Source: Promethearchaeota archaeon | Lineage (GTDB): Archaea; Asgardarchaeota; Lokiarchaeia; Sigyniarchaeales; SOKP01 | Direction of reading: 5' to 3' | Length of the DNA: 17,033 nucleotides | Assembly (NCBI GenBank): GCA_016926735.1 | Contig: JAFGOA010000170.1 | Span: 1 to 17,033 of the forward strand | In this document: positions 17,022 to 17,033 of the stretch, one piece after another | How positions within the stretch are numbered: the first letter of the stretch is position 1 | How the letters are laid out: the number at the start of each line of letters is the position of its first letter | Notes under the pieces: generated by a model | The model's input: only the letters and a program-made list of their open reading frames with translations | Databases searched by the model: none | Told to the model about the DNA's origin: nothing | Made by a program: the position numbers and the translations under genes

Positions 17022-17033
17022 AGCTTATTTGGG

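Overview
Very AT-rich (roughly 25% GC by eye) window that most likely comes from an Asgard archaeon (Lokiarchaeia-like). This is inferred from two stand-alone longin/roadblock-like ORFs, a roadblock-Rab-like GTPase fusion, a SIR2-TPR protein and a TFIIB-like cyclin-fold ORF. The left part (1-8.2 kb) holds small longin-like and Zn-finger ORFs, a QueG-like Fe-S protein, an unusual roadblock + Rab-like GTPase + degenerate nuclease/DUF4268 fusion and an ABC-2 exporter pair. The right part (10.3-17 kb) looks like an accessory conflict/defence cluster: a stand-alone PD-(D/E)XK nuclease downstream of a SIR2-12xTPR protein, divergent from an 850-aa protein ending in a PRTase-CE-like effector domain. 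It is followed by an uncalled 38-aa membrane peptide, a single-repeat TFIIB-like protein and a stem-loop at the window edge. I saw no rRNA, tRNA, CRISPR array or transposase. All family calls come from motifs recognised by eye, not from database searches.
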